Source: Cyanobacteria bacterium P01_D01_bin.156
GTDB lineage: Bacteria > Cyanobacteriota > Cyanobacteriia > Phormidesmidales > Phormidesmidaceae
Direction of reading: 5' to 3'
Assembly (NCBI GenBank): GCA_039024555.1
Contig: JBCCQQ010000066.1
Coordinates: forward strand, 1-32,765
DNA: 32,765 bases
Shown: positions 8,615 to 21,137 of the stretch, piece after piece
Position numbering within the stretch: position 1 is the first letter of the stretch
Layout of the letters: every line of letters begins with the position of its first letter
Made by a program: the position numbers and the translations under genes
Notes under the pieces: model-generated
Database searches by the model: none
The model's input: only the letters and a program-made list of their open reading frames with translations
What the model was told of the DNA's origin: nothing

Positions 8615-8725
8615 GAGTTTTGAAATCGGAAGTCAGAGCTCGGAAATCATAAAGAGAAAGCATTCTGTGGAGTTGTGATCTTCTTGCACAGTACTCTGAA
8701 CTCCGCACTCAAAATTCCGAACTCT
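8615..8725. repeat. Inverted arrays of degenerate heptamer repeats
   Basis: Left arm gagtttt gaaatcg gaagtca gagctcg gaaatca; right arm reads gagttcg gaatttt gagtgcg gagttca on the minus strand. Confidence 0.7.
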
Positions 8726-8882
8726 AACGTCTTGGAGACATCTGCTCACTTTGGGTTGGTGCACCTTTCCCCCTCTCTCCAATTCGCATTAGGGGTCTCA
8801 GCTTTCACACCAAACATTCGCTCACTCGCTATAATCAGTCCGGCAAAATCCCCATTGTCCACCCCTCGTATTCATCAACCCC

Positions 8883-9368
8883 GTGATTGCCATTTACCCC
8901 GGTAGCTTTGATCCAGTTACTTTGGGCCATCTCGATATTATTTCCCGCAGTAGTAGCCTGTATGACCGCGTTATTGTCGTTGTTTCACGTAACCCAACCA
9001 AAAATCCTATGTTTTCGGTGGATGAGCGGCTGGCCCAAATTCGCAAAGCAACCGCCCACTTGACCAATGTAGAAATTGATAGTTTTGATGGGTTGACCGT
9101 GAATTACGCCCATCAGCACCACGCAAAAGTTTTAATTCGTGGTTTACGTGTACTATCAGACTTTGAGAAAGAGCTCCAGATGGCCCATACTAATAAGACC
9201 CTTGCGAGCGATTTAGAAACTGTGTTTCTAGCGACGTCTACTGAATACGGCTTTTTAAGCAGTAGTTTAGTAAAGGAGATTGCAAGGTTTGGCGGCGCTA
9301 TCGGTCATCTTGTTCCTGAGCATGTTGCCCACGATATTCAGAAATGGTACGGCAAGAACCTCCCATAA
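8883..9368 (+). CDS. coaD: Pantetheine-phosphate adenylyltransferase
   Basis: [35 protein letters not shown]. Confidence 0.97.
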   Translation: MIAIYPGSFDPVTLGHLDIISRSSSLYDRVIVVVSRNPTKNPMFSVDERLAQIRKATAHLTNVEIDSFDGLTVNYAHQHHAKVLIRGLRVLSDFEKELQMAHTNKTLASDLETVFLATSTEYGFLSSSLVKEIARFGGAIGHLVPEHVAHDIQKWYGKNLP

Positions 9369-10228
9369 ACGACCCTCGATTAAACGGCCAAACAGCTGAT
9401 GTGAGTCAGCAACCTGGTCCGACGGCACCTGCCCCAGCTGCCGTCAATGGGTTTGATATTCAAGATGCCCTCAATCAAATCGAGGAGTCGGTACTGGATA
9501 GCCCGCGGCTGCCCGTCATGGGTCGTACCATGATCAATGAGGATGACCTCCTCGATCAGCTCGATGCGGTTCGCTTAAATCTACCGAGTGCATTTCAGGA
9601 AGCTCAGCAGCTACTCGAACAGCGCAATGAAATTTTGAGCGAAGCCGAGCGCTACGCCCAGGAAATTGTCACCACCGCTGAAAAACAAGCCGCTGCCATT
9701 CTGAACGAAACGGTTATTCTGCGTCAGGCAGAGCAGCAGGCTCAGCAGCTGCGGCTCCAAGTAGAGCAGGAATGTGCGGCGTTGCGATCGCAAACCATGA
9801 TGGAAATTGAGCAGCTACACACTCAAACCAATCAAGAATGCGATGAGATGCGCACAGGTGCGATCGCTGAGTGCCATGCCATTCAAACCGATGCAGACAC
9901 CTACGCTGACCAAGTACTGCAACGTATGGAAACTCAGTTTAGCGAGATGCTAGGCGTGATCAGCAACGGACGGCAGCAGCTGTATGAACGGCAACAACGA
10001 GCTCGCCAGACAGCTCCTCCTACAGGTATGAGCGATAGCCTATCACAGCCTTCTCAACAACCTCCCACCACGTCACCTATCAGTCGTCGCCCCCCTTCCC
10101 AGCGACCGCCTTCTCAACGTCCCCCTTCCCAACGTATTCCTAGCCAACAGTCTTACATTCAGCCTCAATCACCTTCCCAGTCAGCGCCGCCGCAACGGCC
10201 TACACAGCAGCCACCCCATAAGTTTTAA
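9344..10228 (+). CDS. cdv3: DivIVA-like cyanobacterial cell-division protein with Pro/Gln/Ser-rich tail
   Basis: Overlaps coaD as in other cyanobacteria; [22 protein letters not shown] motif, long coiled coil, ADTYADQVL. Confidence 0.75.
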   Translation: MVRQEPPINDPRLNGQTADVSQQPGPTAPAPAAVNGFDIQDALNQIEESVLDSPRLPVMGRTMINEDDLLDQLDAVRLNLPSAFQEAQQLLEQRNEILSEAERYAQEIVTTAEKQAAAILNETVILRQAEQQAQQLRLQVEQECAALRSQTMMEIEQLHTQTNQECDEMRTGAIAECHAIQTDADTYADQVLQRMETQFSEMLGVISNGRQQLYERQQRARQTAPPTGMSDSLSQPSQQPPTTSPISRRPPSQRPPSQRPPSQRIPSQQSYIQPQSPSQSAPPQRPTQQPPHKF

Positions 10229-10231
10229 TCA

Positions 10232-10858
10232 ATGATTGGCTATCTTAAAGGGACCTTAGCCGATCTGCAGCGGCTAACCAATGGGCGTGTCATTATTACC
10301 GTCGACGTGCAAGGCGTAGGGTACGAATTACAAGTCACGGGTCGCATGATGGGGCATCTTCCCCCCGTTGGAGATACGGTGCAGATCTTTGCGCATTTAC
10401 AAAACCGCGATGATCAACCCGTACTATTCGGGTTTAGTTCTCGGGCTGAACGCGACGTTTTTCGATTAGCCATTAGCGTTAGTGGCATTGGCCCCCAAAT
10501 GGGAATGGCCCTATTAGATACCTTAAGTTTGAACGACCTTGTACAAGCCGTTGTCTCCGGTAACGCCCGTATTTTGTCCCAAACCCCTGGTGTAGGCAAA
10601 AAAACCGCCGAACGCATTATCCTGGAGCTAAAAACCAAGCTAGCAGAATGGCGACAGCAGGCTGGCCTGATCACCGCCCCTGCCGCTGGCCCCGTTTCCG
10701 TAGTACAAGAAGACGTCGAAATGACCCTGCTCGCCCTTGGCTACTCTAATAGTGAAATCACCAAAGCACTGCAGACCGTAGGGCAGAGCAAAGCCCTTAG
10801 CAAAACTGCCGACACCGAAGTCTGGATCCGCGAAGCCATCGCTTGGTTAAGTCAGTAG
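10232..10858 (+). CDS. ruvA: Holliday junction branch migration protein RuvA
   Basis: MIGYLKG, VQGVGYE, HhH motifs VSGIGP and TPGVGKKTAERIILELK, LLALGY. Confidence 0.97.
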   Translation: MIGYLKGTLADLQRLTNGRVIITVDVQGVGYELQVTGRMMGHLPPVGDTVQIFAHLQNRDDQPVLFGFSSRAERDVFRLAISVSGIGPQMGMALLDTLSLNDLVQAVVSGNARILSQTPGVGKKTAERIILELKTKLAEWRQQAGLITAPAAGPVSVVQEDVEMTLLALGYSNSEITKALQTVGQSKALSKTADTEVWIREAIAWLSQ

Positions 10859-10948
10859 ATTTCAGACCAAGCGCCATCGCTTGGTTAAGTCAGTAGATTT
10901 CAGACCAAGCGCCATCGCTTGGTTAAGTCAGTAGGTTTCAGACCAAGC
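10835..10948. repeat. 38-bp tandem triplication spanning the ruvA stop codon
   Basis: gccatcgcttggttaagtcagtagatttcagaccaagc at 10835, 10873 and 10911; one mismatch in copy 3. Confidence 0.97.
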
Positions 10949-11203
10949 AAGGGGTACCCGCTCAGGCCAGGAAATCTGACTATGACCAAATTCGGAATTC
11001 TAGATTCCTGAACAAGCCGTCCTGCTTTAATTTGATACTCACAGCCCATGTCAAACGTTATTACGAAAACATAAGACCTGCAGAAATCCCTGATAGGTTG
11101 AGTTAGCAAACTTTCGTATCAAATTACACTGTTCTAACAGTCGCTTTGCAGGGCACCCTGCAACTACAGCATTAAGCATATCGTTACTAAGGTTATCTTC
11201 TAG

Positions 11204-11620
<417 letters not shown>

Positions 11621-11626
11621 GAAAAG

Positions 11627-11835
11627 CTGAATTCGGAAGTCAGAATTTGGAAGTCGAAAGGTGAAGTTATTACCGGTGCTGATTTATGGGATGGACCGAT
11701 CTGACGATGCTTAACTGTGCCAGACTCCTTCAGGAAAAATCATCCCAAGGATCAGCAACGCCAAGTTATTTACTAGAACTATGCTTTTCTAGCAGATTAC
11801 TCCAAGTTCTGACTTCCGAACTCCGAATTTCAAAC
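11627..11835. repeat. Inverted heptamer arrays between convergent P-II gene and rnc
   Basis: gaattcg gaagtca gaatttg gaagtcg (11629-11656) vs ttctgacttccgaactccgaatttc (~11807-11831). Confidence 0.7.
11672..11762. mobile_element. 91-bp MITE with 8-bp target-site duplication
   Basis: Ends accggtgctgatttatgggatg / catcccaaggatcagcaacgcc are imperfect inverted repeats; flanked by direct repeat AAGTTATT (11664-11671, 11763-11770). Confidence 0.75.
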
Positions 11836-11918
11836 ACTCAACACACTGGGAAACGCTCCCGCTTTGCGTCAAGTGCTCATACAAGAGAGACACTTTCATC
11901 TCTCAGGCTCAATCCCAC

Positions 11919-12584
11919 TTACGCCATCCCTATCTTTTTTAACGCGGCCTTCGCTGCTTGTTTTTCGGCATCCTGTTTGCGACGGCCCTTACCACGACCG
12001 TAGAGAAGCCCTTTTACTCGAACTTCTGCTGTGAACTGCTTAGCATGGTCAGGGCCTGTCGCTGCAATAATCTCATAGGTAGGCACCTCACCTAGCTGAT
12101 CCAAAGACCAGATTTGAAACCGGCTTTTGTAGTTAACTTGGATTGCAGTCTCGCTGACGGTCTCCGCCACGCTGTCAAACATGGGAGTCACATAATCTCG
12201 CACAGCATTGATATCTTGGCCACTGTCGAGAAAGTAGGCACCAAGCAATGCTTCAAAAGTACTACACAACACTCGCTTACTGTTACGACTGTCGCTATTT
12301 TCTGCTCCACGACTGAGTCGCAAATGTTCTTGTAGGTTTAATTCGCTCGCAAAATGGCTGAGCTGGTTTTCATCTACTAGAGAAGCCCGCAGCGGCGTGA
12401 GCTCACCCTCTGGACGATCAGGATAGCGATTATAAAGATACTCGCCACTTAAGAACGTGAGGATAGCATCGCCTAGAAATTCTAACCGCTCATTATCTTC
12501 ACAGTCATGCTCCTTGGCATAGGACTTATGAGTAGTCGCCAGTTGCCACAGATTAGGATTCTGAAAAGTAGGTAAGTGAAACAT
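11919..12584 (-). CDS. rnc: Ribonuclease III
   Basis: NERLEFLGDAIL signature, FEALLGA, dsRBD GPDHAKQF...KQDAEKQAA. Confidence 0.95.
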   Translation of the reverse strand: MFHLPTFQNPNLWQLATTHKSYAKEHDCEDNERLEFLGDAILTFLSGEYLYNRYPDRPEGELTPLRASLVDENQLSHFASELNLQEHLRLSRGAENSDSRNSKRVLCSTFEALLGAYFLDSGQDINAVRDYVTPMFDSVAETVSETAIQVNYKSRFQIWSLDQLGEVPTYEIIAATGPDHAKQFTAEVRVKGLLYGRGKGRRKQDAEKQAAKAALKKIGMA

Positions 12585-12605
12585 TCGTTTGATTCTCTCT
12601 TGTAT

Positions 12606-13238
12606 CTAATTCAAAAGAGAATCAACAGTTAGCCTTAGCTTAGGCAAAAGCTTAGACTTAATCGGCTCTTGACCGTAAAACCGTTGAGGGAGTTCAAATT
12701 CTGCTTGTTCATTATTCATGCTGTAAACAGACAAGGTAGGTTGTTTTGGACAACCGATATAGCGCATTCCACCTAGCGCCGCGTAGTCTACAATCCAATA
12801 TTCCTGAACTTTAATAGACTCATACTCCGCTAACTTGGTCAGATAGTCGTCTCGCCAATTTATTGAGACAACCTCAATCACCATAGGCGGTGGAAGATAG
12901 GCCATCGCCGAGCTGGATAATCCTTTCATCCGTTCCCACTCGGGTTTTGCAAAAACAACAATATCTCCGCGTCGTGCCGTTTCGCGCCCATTGCGAGAGC
13001 CAATCGAAATTAGCTTGGACCGTTTTGGCACAAAGGGTAGACTTTGATCTAAACAATGCAGTCTGAGTCGATCACATAAATTATCCGCCACATCCTCATG
13101 ATTAGCGGTCGGATCGCTAATCGGCATGGGTTCACCCTCAATCAATTCATACAGACGATCATCGCCACTATCCCAGGCAATAAATTCCTGCAAAGACATC
13201 GGTGATGGAAAGGATACTAAACCCGTAGCTTGGCTCAT
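12606..13238 (-). CDS. Uma2 family (PD-(D/E)xK) endonuclease-like protein
   Basis: YELIEGE, PPMVIEVVS, DYLTKLAEYE..VQEYWIVD; start uncertain (13253/13238/13199). Confidence 0.88.
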   Translation of the reverse strand: MSQATGLVSFPSPMSLQEFIAWDSGDDRLYELIEGEPMPISDPTANHEDVADNLCDRLRLHCLDQSLPFVPKRSKLISIGSRNGRETARRGDIVVFAKPEWERMKGLSSSAMAYLPPPMVIEVVSINWRDDYLTKLAEYESIKVQEYWIVDYAALGGMRYIGCPKQPTLSVYSMNNEQAEFELPQRFYGQEPIKSKLLPKLRLTVDSLLN

Positions 13239-13291
13239 AATGCACAGGACCAATCACAATTCAAACCGTTGTAATATAGAGGATAAGGCAA

Positions 13292-15043
13292 TCAGCGACT
13301 GGTGACCCACTCTGCTACACCATCTGCCACAGCCTTAGCCAATTCTTGCTGAGCTACAGGATCTACAATCCACTCAAACTCATAGGGGTTGATCATAAAT
13401 CCTAGCTCCATCAAAACACTAGGGGTCACACTGGGTCTTGTGAGCGCCAGATTATTCCAATACACACCGTAGGCAGGACGGTCCAAAGTCTCCACTAAAT
13501 AATTGTGCAAAAACAAGGCTAAATCATGGGCTTGGGGATGATACCAAAAGGCTCCAATCCCTGCGGTATTTAGAGCATCACCATTATCTGGTAATGCGTT
13601 GTAGTGAAGGCTAAGGGCCAATGTAGGTTCTGTTTCATTAATGATAGCAACGCGATCTCTCGGAAAGAGATCATCATCTCCTTCCCGGGCCATCACTACA
13701 TCAGCACCTAAAGCTTGTAGTTCATCTTTGACCAGCTTCGAAACTAATAAAACAACGTCTTTTTCAGGATAACCATTGGGACCACGAGCCCCCAAATCTT
13801 CGCTGCTACCATGGCCTGGATCAATCAAAATCGTCGTCCCAGCCAAAGGAGCACTGGCCTCTAAAGCAGGAGGATGTTTGAGGGACAAAATCAGATTTGT
13901 TCCTTCATAGCGCAGTTTATAGCCCCACTGCTGATCCGCCTTAAAGTGGAAAGTATAGGAGGCTTTATCGGGCAGAATGGGTTGCCAGTCCATCCGCTTT
14001 ACCACCGGATCATCTGAAAAATAAATGGTGTCGGTCTGGGGGACCGTATTGTGCAACGTCAGCGTCAGGCTTGTGGTGTCTTGCTCCACACTCATGGGAA
14101 CTGGCACCTGCAGTGGAAAAATAACTTCAGTCCACTCGGGTACCTGACGAGAAACCACTCCACGAATGGTTGTCGTCGGGGGAACTGAACTGGTTGCAAC
14201 AGAAACCTCTTCAGCTTTAATCCAAGCACCGTAGTCTAGCCGGACCCACTCTCCTTCTCGCCCCGTAACTGCAGCACGAGTCCCCTTAGGCAGAGGGGTA
14301 AGACGAGAATAGTTGGTACTGGGGCCTGTGCGGGCAATACCTGATTCCACCGTCACTTCAGCAACTTGAAACGTGGTAGGCGACAGAATTTCTACAGGGC
14401 CACCCCCAGCCTGGGTAATGGTTTGTCCATTGAGGGTGAGCTCAAATTCGGGCACACCAAAATTACCCGGCTGGTTAAAGGTGGCACAGCCTCCATAGTT
14501 TGCAGCATTAAGGCTATAGGGCTCGGTCTGTTCAGTCAGGACAGCATAGTTTGGGGGCAGCTCAACGTTGCTGGACTGGGGAAGGAGGGGAATGGTTTGC
14601 CCTGCTAAGGTAACGGCAACCTGGGCCTGGGGTGAAGCCACTGCACCAAAGCAAATCAGCTCTCCAGGCTGACGGGCAAGGCTACGGCTGGGTTCTAAGG
14701 TACCTTCGGCAAAACCAATACCACTCACCTGGGGAGGCTCTAGGGAATTGCGGGTGACGTTGAGGGTAATGCTGTCGCTGCCTTGGGTTAGGGTAAAGCG
14801 ATTCTGACCAATGGTGAGCGGTAGAGTGGGAGCAAAATGTCCAGCGGGGCTGCGATCGCGAATGGGCACACCGTTAATCAGGACATCAGTATCAGGATCG
14901 CCTGTTCCGATAAAAAAGATTTTGTCAGAAACCGTCGTATGGTTGGCTGGAGGATAAGCAATAAAGAGCTCTGCCATGGCCGGGGAAGCAAATGTAACGA
15001 CAGGTGCCATTACACCCAAAAACAGGCTCCACTGCTTTGCCAT
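13292..15043 (-). CDS. N-acetylmuramoyl-L-alanine amidase (Amidase_3) with signal peptide and SH3b-like region
   Basis: ILIDPGHG, EKD, LSLHYNA, VLMELGFM; ARTGPSTNYSR SH3-like segment. Confidence 0.92.
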   Translation of the reverse strand: MAKQWSLFLGVMAPVVTFASPAMAELFIAYPPANHTTVSDKIFFIGTGDPDTDVLINGVPIRDRSPAGHFAPTLPLTIGQNRFTLTQGSDSITLNVTRNSLEPPQVSGIGFAEGTLEPSRSLARQPGELICFGAVASPQAQVAVTLAGQTIPLLPQSSNVELPPNYAVLTEQTEPYSLNAANYGGCATFNQPGNFGVPEFELTLNGQTITQAGGGPVEILSPTTFQVAEVTVESGIARTGPSTNYSRLTPLPKGTRAAVTGREGEWVRLDYGAWIKAEEVSVATSSVPPTTTIRGVVSRQVPEWTEVIFPLQVPVPMSVEQDTTSLTLTLHNTVPQTDTIYFSDDPVVKRMDWQPILPDKASYTFHFKADQQWGYKLRYEGTNLILSLKHPPALEASAPLAGTTILIDPGHGSSEDLGARGPNGYPEKDVVLLVSKLVKDELQALGADVVMAREGDDDLFPRDRVAIINETEPTLALSLHYNALPDNGDALNTAGIGAFWYHPQAHDLALFLHNYLVETLDRPAYGVYWNNLALTRPSVTPSVLMELGFMINPYEFEWIVDPVAQQELAKAVADGVAEWVTSR

Positions 15044-15249
15044 AGATAGAGTCTCTCAACGCAACGTCTGGGCGAAATTATAACGGGCGTTGCTGGTTTA
15101 GCCTAAAGATTTCCCACAATAGTTCAGAGTAGGCGCGTATGGCATGCTCTGAATCAGTTGCGAGTATCGTTTGTCAGTGGGTGTTAACTTACGCATTTTT
15201 CTTCTCTCAAAAGAGAATAATTTACTTTTCTGACCTGTGGCACAATTGA

Positions 15250-16962
<1,713 letters not shown>

Positions 16963-16967
16963 AGATG

Positions 16968-16999
16968 GAAAAGGCAATAGGAGCCCTTATTGCCTTTTC
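16968..16999 (+). terminator. Rho-independent terminator after pyrG
   Basis: gaaaaggcaatagg / cttattgccttttc stem. Confidence 0.75.
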
Positions 17000-17219
17000 A
17001 AAAATGAAGATTCAAAATTCGTCGTTGCTTATTGAGGAGATAAAATCGTCTATCAGATCTCTCAAAGTGCAAGAGTTGACAACTAAAGTTCTCTGGAAAG
17101 TCAGCGATATACAAAGTTATTGATCAGACATTCTAAAAGTCTCCCAGAAGCAATAGGGTTTTGTTGCTCTAAGCGACTTAAAATTTTCACATCATTTAAG
17201 GCTCTTTCGAAGAATGAAT

Positions 17220-17549
17220 TTATTTAAATTCTGTCTCTCCAATGGGTTTATAGATACGTTCTTCATAGTAACGACAATCCTCACAGGGGCCTGTAGGATT
17301 CACCGCACAGCGAATATGAGGAGAGCGAGCGTTCAGTTGGCAGGTAATATCACCAATGACTAAACCAACTCCATCGATATAACGTTCATCGGGATCTCTT
17401 GGTCGCCAAGGAATCATCGTGGTATGGGGTCCCGTATCCATAACTAAATCAAAACGCTCAACGATGCGTTGTTGGGCACGACGACTAACCCATAGCGACA
17501 CTAATGGTGGCACCAGCCCTACCAAAAGCAAAAATACCACTACGACCAT
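17220..17549 (-). CDS. Small cyanobacterial membrane-anchored protein (DUF6464-like)
   Basis: N-terminal TM; IGDITCQLNARSPHIRCAVNPTGPCEDCRYY motif. Confidence 0.75.
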   Translation of the reverse strand: MVVVVFLLLVGLVPPLVSLWVSRRAQQRIVERFDLVMDTGPHTTMIPWRPRDPDERYIDGVGLVIGDITCQLNARSPHIRCAVNPTGPCEDCRYYEERIYKPIGETEFK

Positions 17550-17632
17550 AAACAGCGATTATTGGTGATTATTACGCTGATCGTAGCGCAGGTTTTTGGA
17601 GTGGCAACTTCAGTTTTAGTAAGTCTTGACTG

Positions 17633-17676
17633 AAAAAATAGGTAGCCAGGATGAGCATGAGCTTATCCTGGCTACC
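17633..17676 (-). terminator. Rho-independent terminator after aspS
   Basis: ggtagccaggatgagc / gcttatcctggctacc stem with T-tract on the minus strand. Confidence 0.8.
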
Positions 17677-17707
17677 CAAGAAACCTGTCAATAAACTGCC
17701 CCTTTTT

Positions 17708-19510
17708 CTACTTGTCTTCTTCCTTCACTTTGGGCTTGTAAGTGGATTTTACCTGTAGCTCTTTCAGCTGACGGTCATCCACACTGGAAGGAGCCTGGGT
17801 GAGTAGGCACCGAGCCTGCTGAGTTTTAGGAAATGCGATCGCATCGCGAATTGAACTTTCCTCGGCCATCAGCATAACTAGCCGATCTAAACCATAGGCA
17901 ATCCCACCGTGGGGCGGAGCACCGAAGTCAAACGCATCCATAAAGAAGCCAAACTTCTCACGAGCTTCTTCATCGCTAAGACCAATGGTTTGAAATACCT
18001 TCGCTTGAACATCCGGCTGGTAAATGCGCAAGCTGCCGCCGCCAATCTCGTAACCGTTGAGGACAATGTCGTAAGCCACCGCTCGCGCTGTAGTCAAATC
18101 ATCAATATCCGCAGGATTGGGAGCCGTAAACGGATGGTGTAACGCTTCATAGCGATTCTCATCAGCATTCCACTCAAACATGGGGAAATCTGTCACCCAC
18201 AGAAAGTTGAGCTTGTCTTCATCGATCAGATTCATTTCCGCCGCAACGGCCTGCCGCACTTTGTCTAAGGCAGCATTAACCGTGGCGGTAGGACCAGCCC
18301 CAAATAACAGCAAATGGCCCGCCTCAGCACCCGTGCGCTCTAATAGGGTCTGCTTTTGTTCAGCGTTGAGGTTGTCTTTGATGGCACCAATCGTATCAAT
18401 TTCACCATCTTCACGGACACGAATATAGGCTAGCCCCTTAGCTCCGGCATCTGTCGCCACCTTAAACACATCTCCACCGGGCTTAATGCGCACATTAGAA
18501 ATGGCATTGTTGCCACCCGGTATGGGCAGTACCTTGACTTGACCACCGGACTTTACAGCACCCGAAAACACCTTAAATCCAGAATCCTTGACAATGTCAG
18601 AGACATTGACTAGCTCTAAGCCGTAGCGAGTATCGGGTTTATCGGAACCATAACGGTCCATAGCCTCGGCATAGGTCATGCGAGGTAAGGGTAACGGCAC
18701 CTCAATACCCTTTACAGTTTTGAAAATATGGGCCACCAGCTTCTCATTTATGGCCAGAATCTCTTCTTGATCCATAAAACTCATTTCCATGTCCAGCTGA
18801 GTGAATTCAGGCTGGCGGTCGGCTCGTAGGTCCTCGTCACGAAAACAGCGAGCAATCTGATAGTAGCGGTCCACACCAGCCACCATCAGCAACTGTTTAA
18901 ACAGCTGGGGGGACTGGGGCAAGGCGTACCATTCACTGGGGTTCACCCGCGAAGGCAGCACATAGTCCCGCGCTCCTTCTGGTGTTGACCGAGTGAGGAT
19001 CGGGGTTTCCACCTCAAGAAAGCCTTCTTGATCTTCTAGGAAACGACGGATGGCTTTCATCACCTCATGGCGCATGCGAATATTGCGGCCCATGCGCTCC
19101 CGTCGCAGATCAAGGTAACGGTACTTCAGGCGCAGCTCCTCGCGCACATTTTCTTCTTCAGCTGTGGAAATTTGAAAAGGTAGCTGGGTGCGGACAGAAC
19201 TCAGCAGCTCAATGTTATCGGCATAAATTTCTACTTCCCCAGTTGGCAGGTTAGGATTGAGCGCCTCGGGCAAACGCTGATGCACACGCCCCTCGATTTT
19301 GACCACATACTCATTGCGTACCTGGTCCGCCACAGGATACGACTCTGGTGTACGTTCAGGATCGCTAACGATCTGCACAACACCTTCGCGATCGCGAAGA
19401 TCCAAAAAAATCACACCACCATGATCGCGACGCCGATCGACCCAGCCGTATAAAGTAACGGTTTTATCAATATGCTCGGCCCGGAGTTGGCCGCAATAAA
19501 GAGTACGCAT
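17708..19510 (-). CDS. aspS: Aspartate--tRNA ligase
   Basis: [52 protein letters not shown]. Confidence 0.98.
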   Translation of the reverse strand: MRTLYCGQLRAEHIDKTVTLYGWVDRRRDHGGVIFLDLRDREGVVQIVSDPERTPESYPVADQVRNEYVVKIEGRVHQRLPEALNPNLPTGEVEIYADNIELLSSVRTQLPFQISTAEEENVREELRLKYRYLDLRRERMGRNIRMRHEVMKAIRRFLEDQEGFLEVETPILTRSTPEGARDYVLPSRVNPSEWYALPQSPQLFKQLLMVAGVDRYYQIARCFRDEDLRADRQPEFTQLDMEMSFMDQEEILAINEKLVAHIFKTVKGIEVPLPLPRMTYAEAMDRYGSDKPDTRYGLELVNVSDIVKDSGFKVFSGAVKSGGQVKVLPIPGGNNAISNVRIKPGGDVFKVATDAGAKGLAYIRVREDGEIDTIGAIKDNLNAEQKQTLLERTGAEAGHLLLFGAGPTATVNAALDKVRQAVAAEMNLIDEDKLNFLWVTDFPMFEWNADENRYEALHHPFTAPNPADIDDLTTARAVAYDIVLNGYEIGGGSLRIYQPDVQAKVFQTIGLSDEEAREKFGFFMDAFDFGAPPHGGIAYGLDRLVMLMAEESSIRDAIAFPKTQQARCLLTQAPSSVDDRQLKELQVKSTYKPKVKEEDK

Positions 19511-19603
19511 AGGTCTAGGGAAGATGTGATTTTCTTAAAGTCCAACAAAGCCTACCCATTATCTAAGATCGTCAGGTAGTTTTGAATTCCGAATTTTGAG
19601 TTT

Positions 19604-19692
19604 TGCATTCTGACAGAAAGGATGACCCAGCCTAACAACGATGTATACATCAAAATTATTCAGATGAAATCATCCCAAATATCAGCAATGCC
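19604..19692. mobile_element. Degenerate copy of the ~90-bp MITE
   Basis: Right end aaatcatcccaaatatcagcaatgcc matches the 11737-11762 end; interior aligns with the 11672 copy. Confidence 0.65.
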
Positions 19693-19740
19693 TAAAACTT
19701 CACGCCTCCCTGCCAGTAGCAAACTCTATCGAGCGACTTT

Positions 19741-20754
19741 CTAGCGACTCAACATATCGGATAGCAATGACGCTGGCTGGAGTTTGTGGGGCCAAGCAAA
19801 CGCATGGCGAAACGCAGCTTCTTGACAGGCACGCAACCCATCAAACCCAATGACATCCTGAGTCAAGAGATTTTCATACTCAAACGGTAGACGCACGTTG
19901 TGCAACCCGGCGTTATCAGTACAGATGGCAATGTCCACACCAGCATCAAAACAGCGGCTAAATACCTCCTTGAGCTGACCAATATTAGCTAAAGTGCCTG
20001 TTTGTAAATACGTAGTCGGGCAAACCTCCAAACATTGCCCCCGGGCAGCGACTTCTTTCAGCAGCTCGGGATAATGCAATGGAATCTGGATACCGTGACC
20101 AATACGCATCAAATAGGGCAGGAGTTCGGGATAGCAACCATTGGAAGTTTCATACAAATGACCTGTGGTTTTGATCCCTAGAGATTGGGCATAGCGATAC
20201 AGCTGTACGATTTCATCCAGCTTTTCTGCGTAGGCTGCATCTCCTCCGGCAATATCTACAGCACAGACATAGTTAGGATATTGAGCTGCTAAATCCACCG
20301 TTGCACGGTTGATTTCGTAAGGTAGCCGAGAATGCATACAGAGAATTTGCCGAGTTACCACCGGGTATTCTGTTTGCTCACTGGCTCGTCCTACAATCTC
20401 GACAATCTCCGCCATCATATCGATGCGATCGCGCTCACTTAAACTATGGGGCGTTCGATAAAACGGCGTATAGCGGAGTTCCAAATAAGCTAAATTCTCA
20501 AAAATATAAGCCCCTCGGATCAGTCGATAGATGAAGTAGGGCAGTGCCTCACGAGTTTGCACACTTTCTACAAGGGTATGCAGTTCTAGATATTCATCTA
20601 GAGAATCCTTGGGTTGACTATAAAACTGCTCAAACGCCCCATAGTCAGCAAAACGCTCAGCTAAATCAGGACGGTTGCGCTGGAAATATCGCCACAAAAT
20701 TCTGGGTACAACGGAGCCCCCCAGATGGCGATGGAGTTCTGCATAAAGACTCAT
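19741..20754 (-). CDS. Adenosine/adenine deaminase family protein
   Basis: AELHRHLGGS, YLELR, GHLYE, RIGHG, LEVCPT, CTDN. Confidence 0.88.
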   Translation of the reverse strand: MSLYAELHRHLGGSVVPRILWRYFQRNRPDLAERFADYGAFEQFYSQPKDSLDEYLELHTLVESVQTREALPYFIYRLIRGAYIFENLAYLELRYTPFYRTPHSLSERDRIDMMAEIVEIVGRASEQTEYPVVTRQILCMHSRLPYEINRATVDLAAQYPNYVCAVDIAGGDAAYAEKLDEIVQLYRYAQSLGIKTTGHLYETSNGCYPELLPYLMRIGHGIQIPLHYPELLKEVAARGQCLEVCPTTYLQTGTLANIGQLKEVFSRCFDAGVDIAICTDNAGLHNVRLPFEYENLLTQDVIGFDGLRACQEAAFRHAFAWPHKLQPASLLSDMLSR

Positions 20755-21072
20755 GATGCCTCTAGGTAGTGGTGGATTAACGAAAAGTTGACACTTATTA
20801 GGCCGGTTTAGTTAATGCTTAGTAATATCCGGCAGCTATTCGGGGGCGATCAAACTACCGAACAATCCTGAATAGATTAGACCGCCGACACAAAAATTAA
20901 AAAACTGTAAAACACTTATTAGATTAAGTTTTAGCGCAGGATGGATTTTTTGCCCAGCAATGTCAGCAAAACCTTGAAGAGCTTAACGTTTACTTAACCG
21001 AGCTTTACCCCTAACCGTCATCGAACCGCCAATAATAAAATTGGGTTTATAAATCAAGCGCTACCGGATTGA

Positions 21073-21102
21073 TTGACACTAGGCCCCTCAACTGACCATA
21101 AT
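21073..21102 (+). promoter_or_regulatory. Sigma70-type promoter for purA
   Basis: TTGACA-N18-CATAAT, 35 nt upstream of the TTG start. Confidence 0.55.
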
Positions 21103-21137
21103 TGTCATTTGTTTGAACTCTAACGCGCAAAAATCCC

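Noticed and set aside
10835..10948. CRISPR array
   Set aside because: The 38-bp palindromic units are contiguous with no unique spacers, and no cas genes are present.
11057..11129. NtcA boxes upstream of the P-II gene (GTT-N8-AAC at 11057 with TAN3T 23 nt later; GTA-N8-CAC at 11116)
   Set aside because: Both deviate from GTA-N8-TAC and could arise by chance; plausible but unsupported without TSS data.
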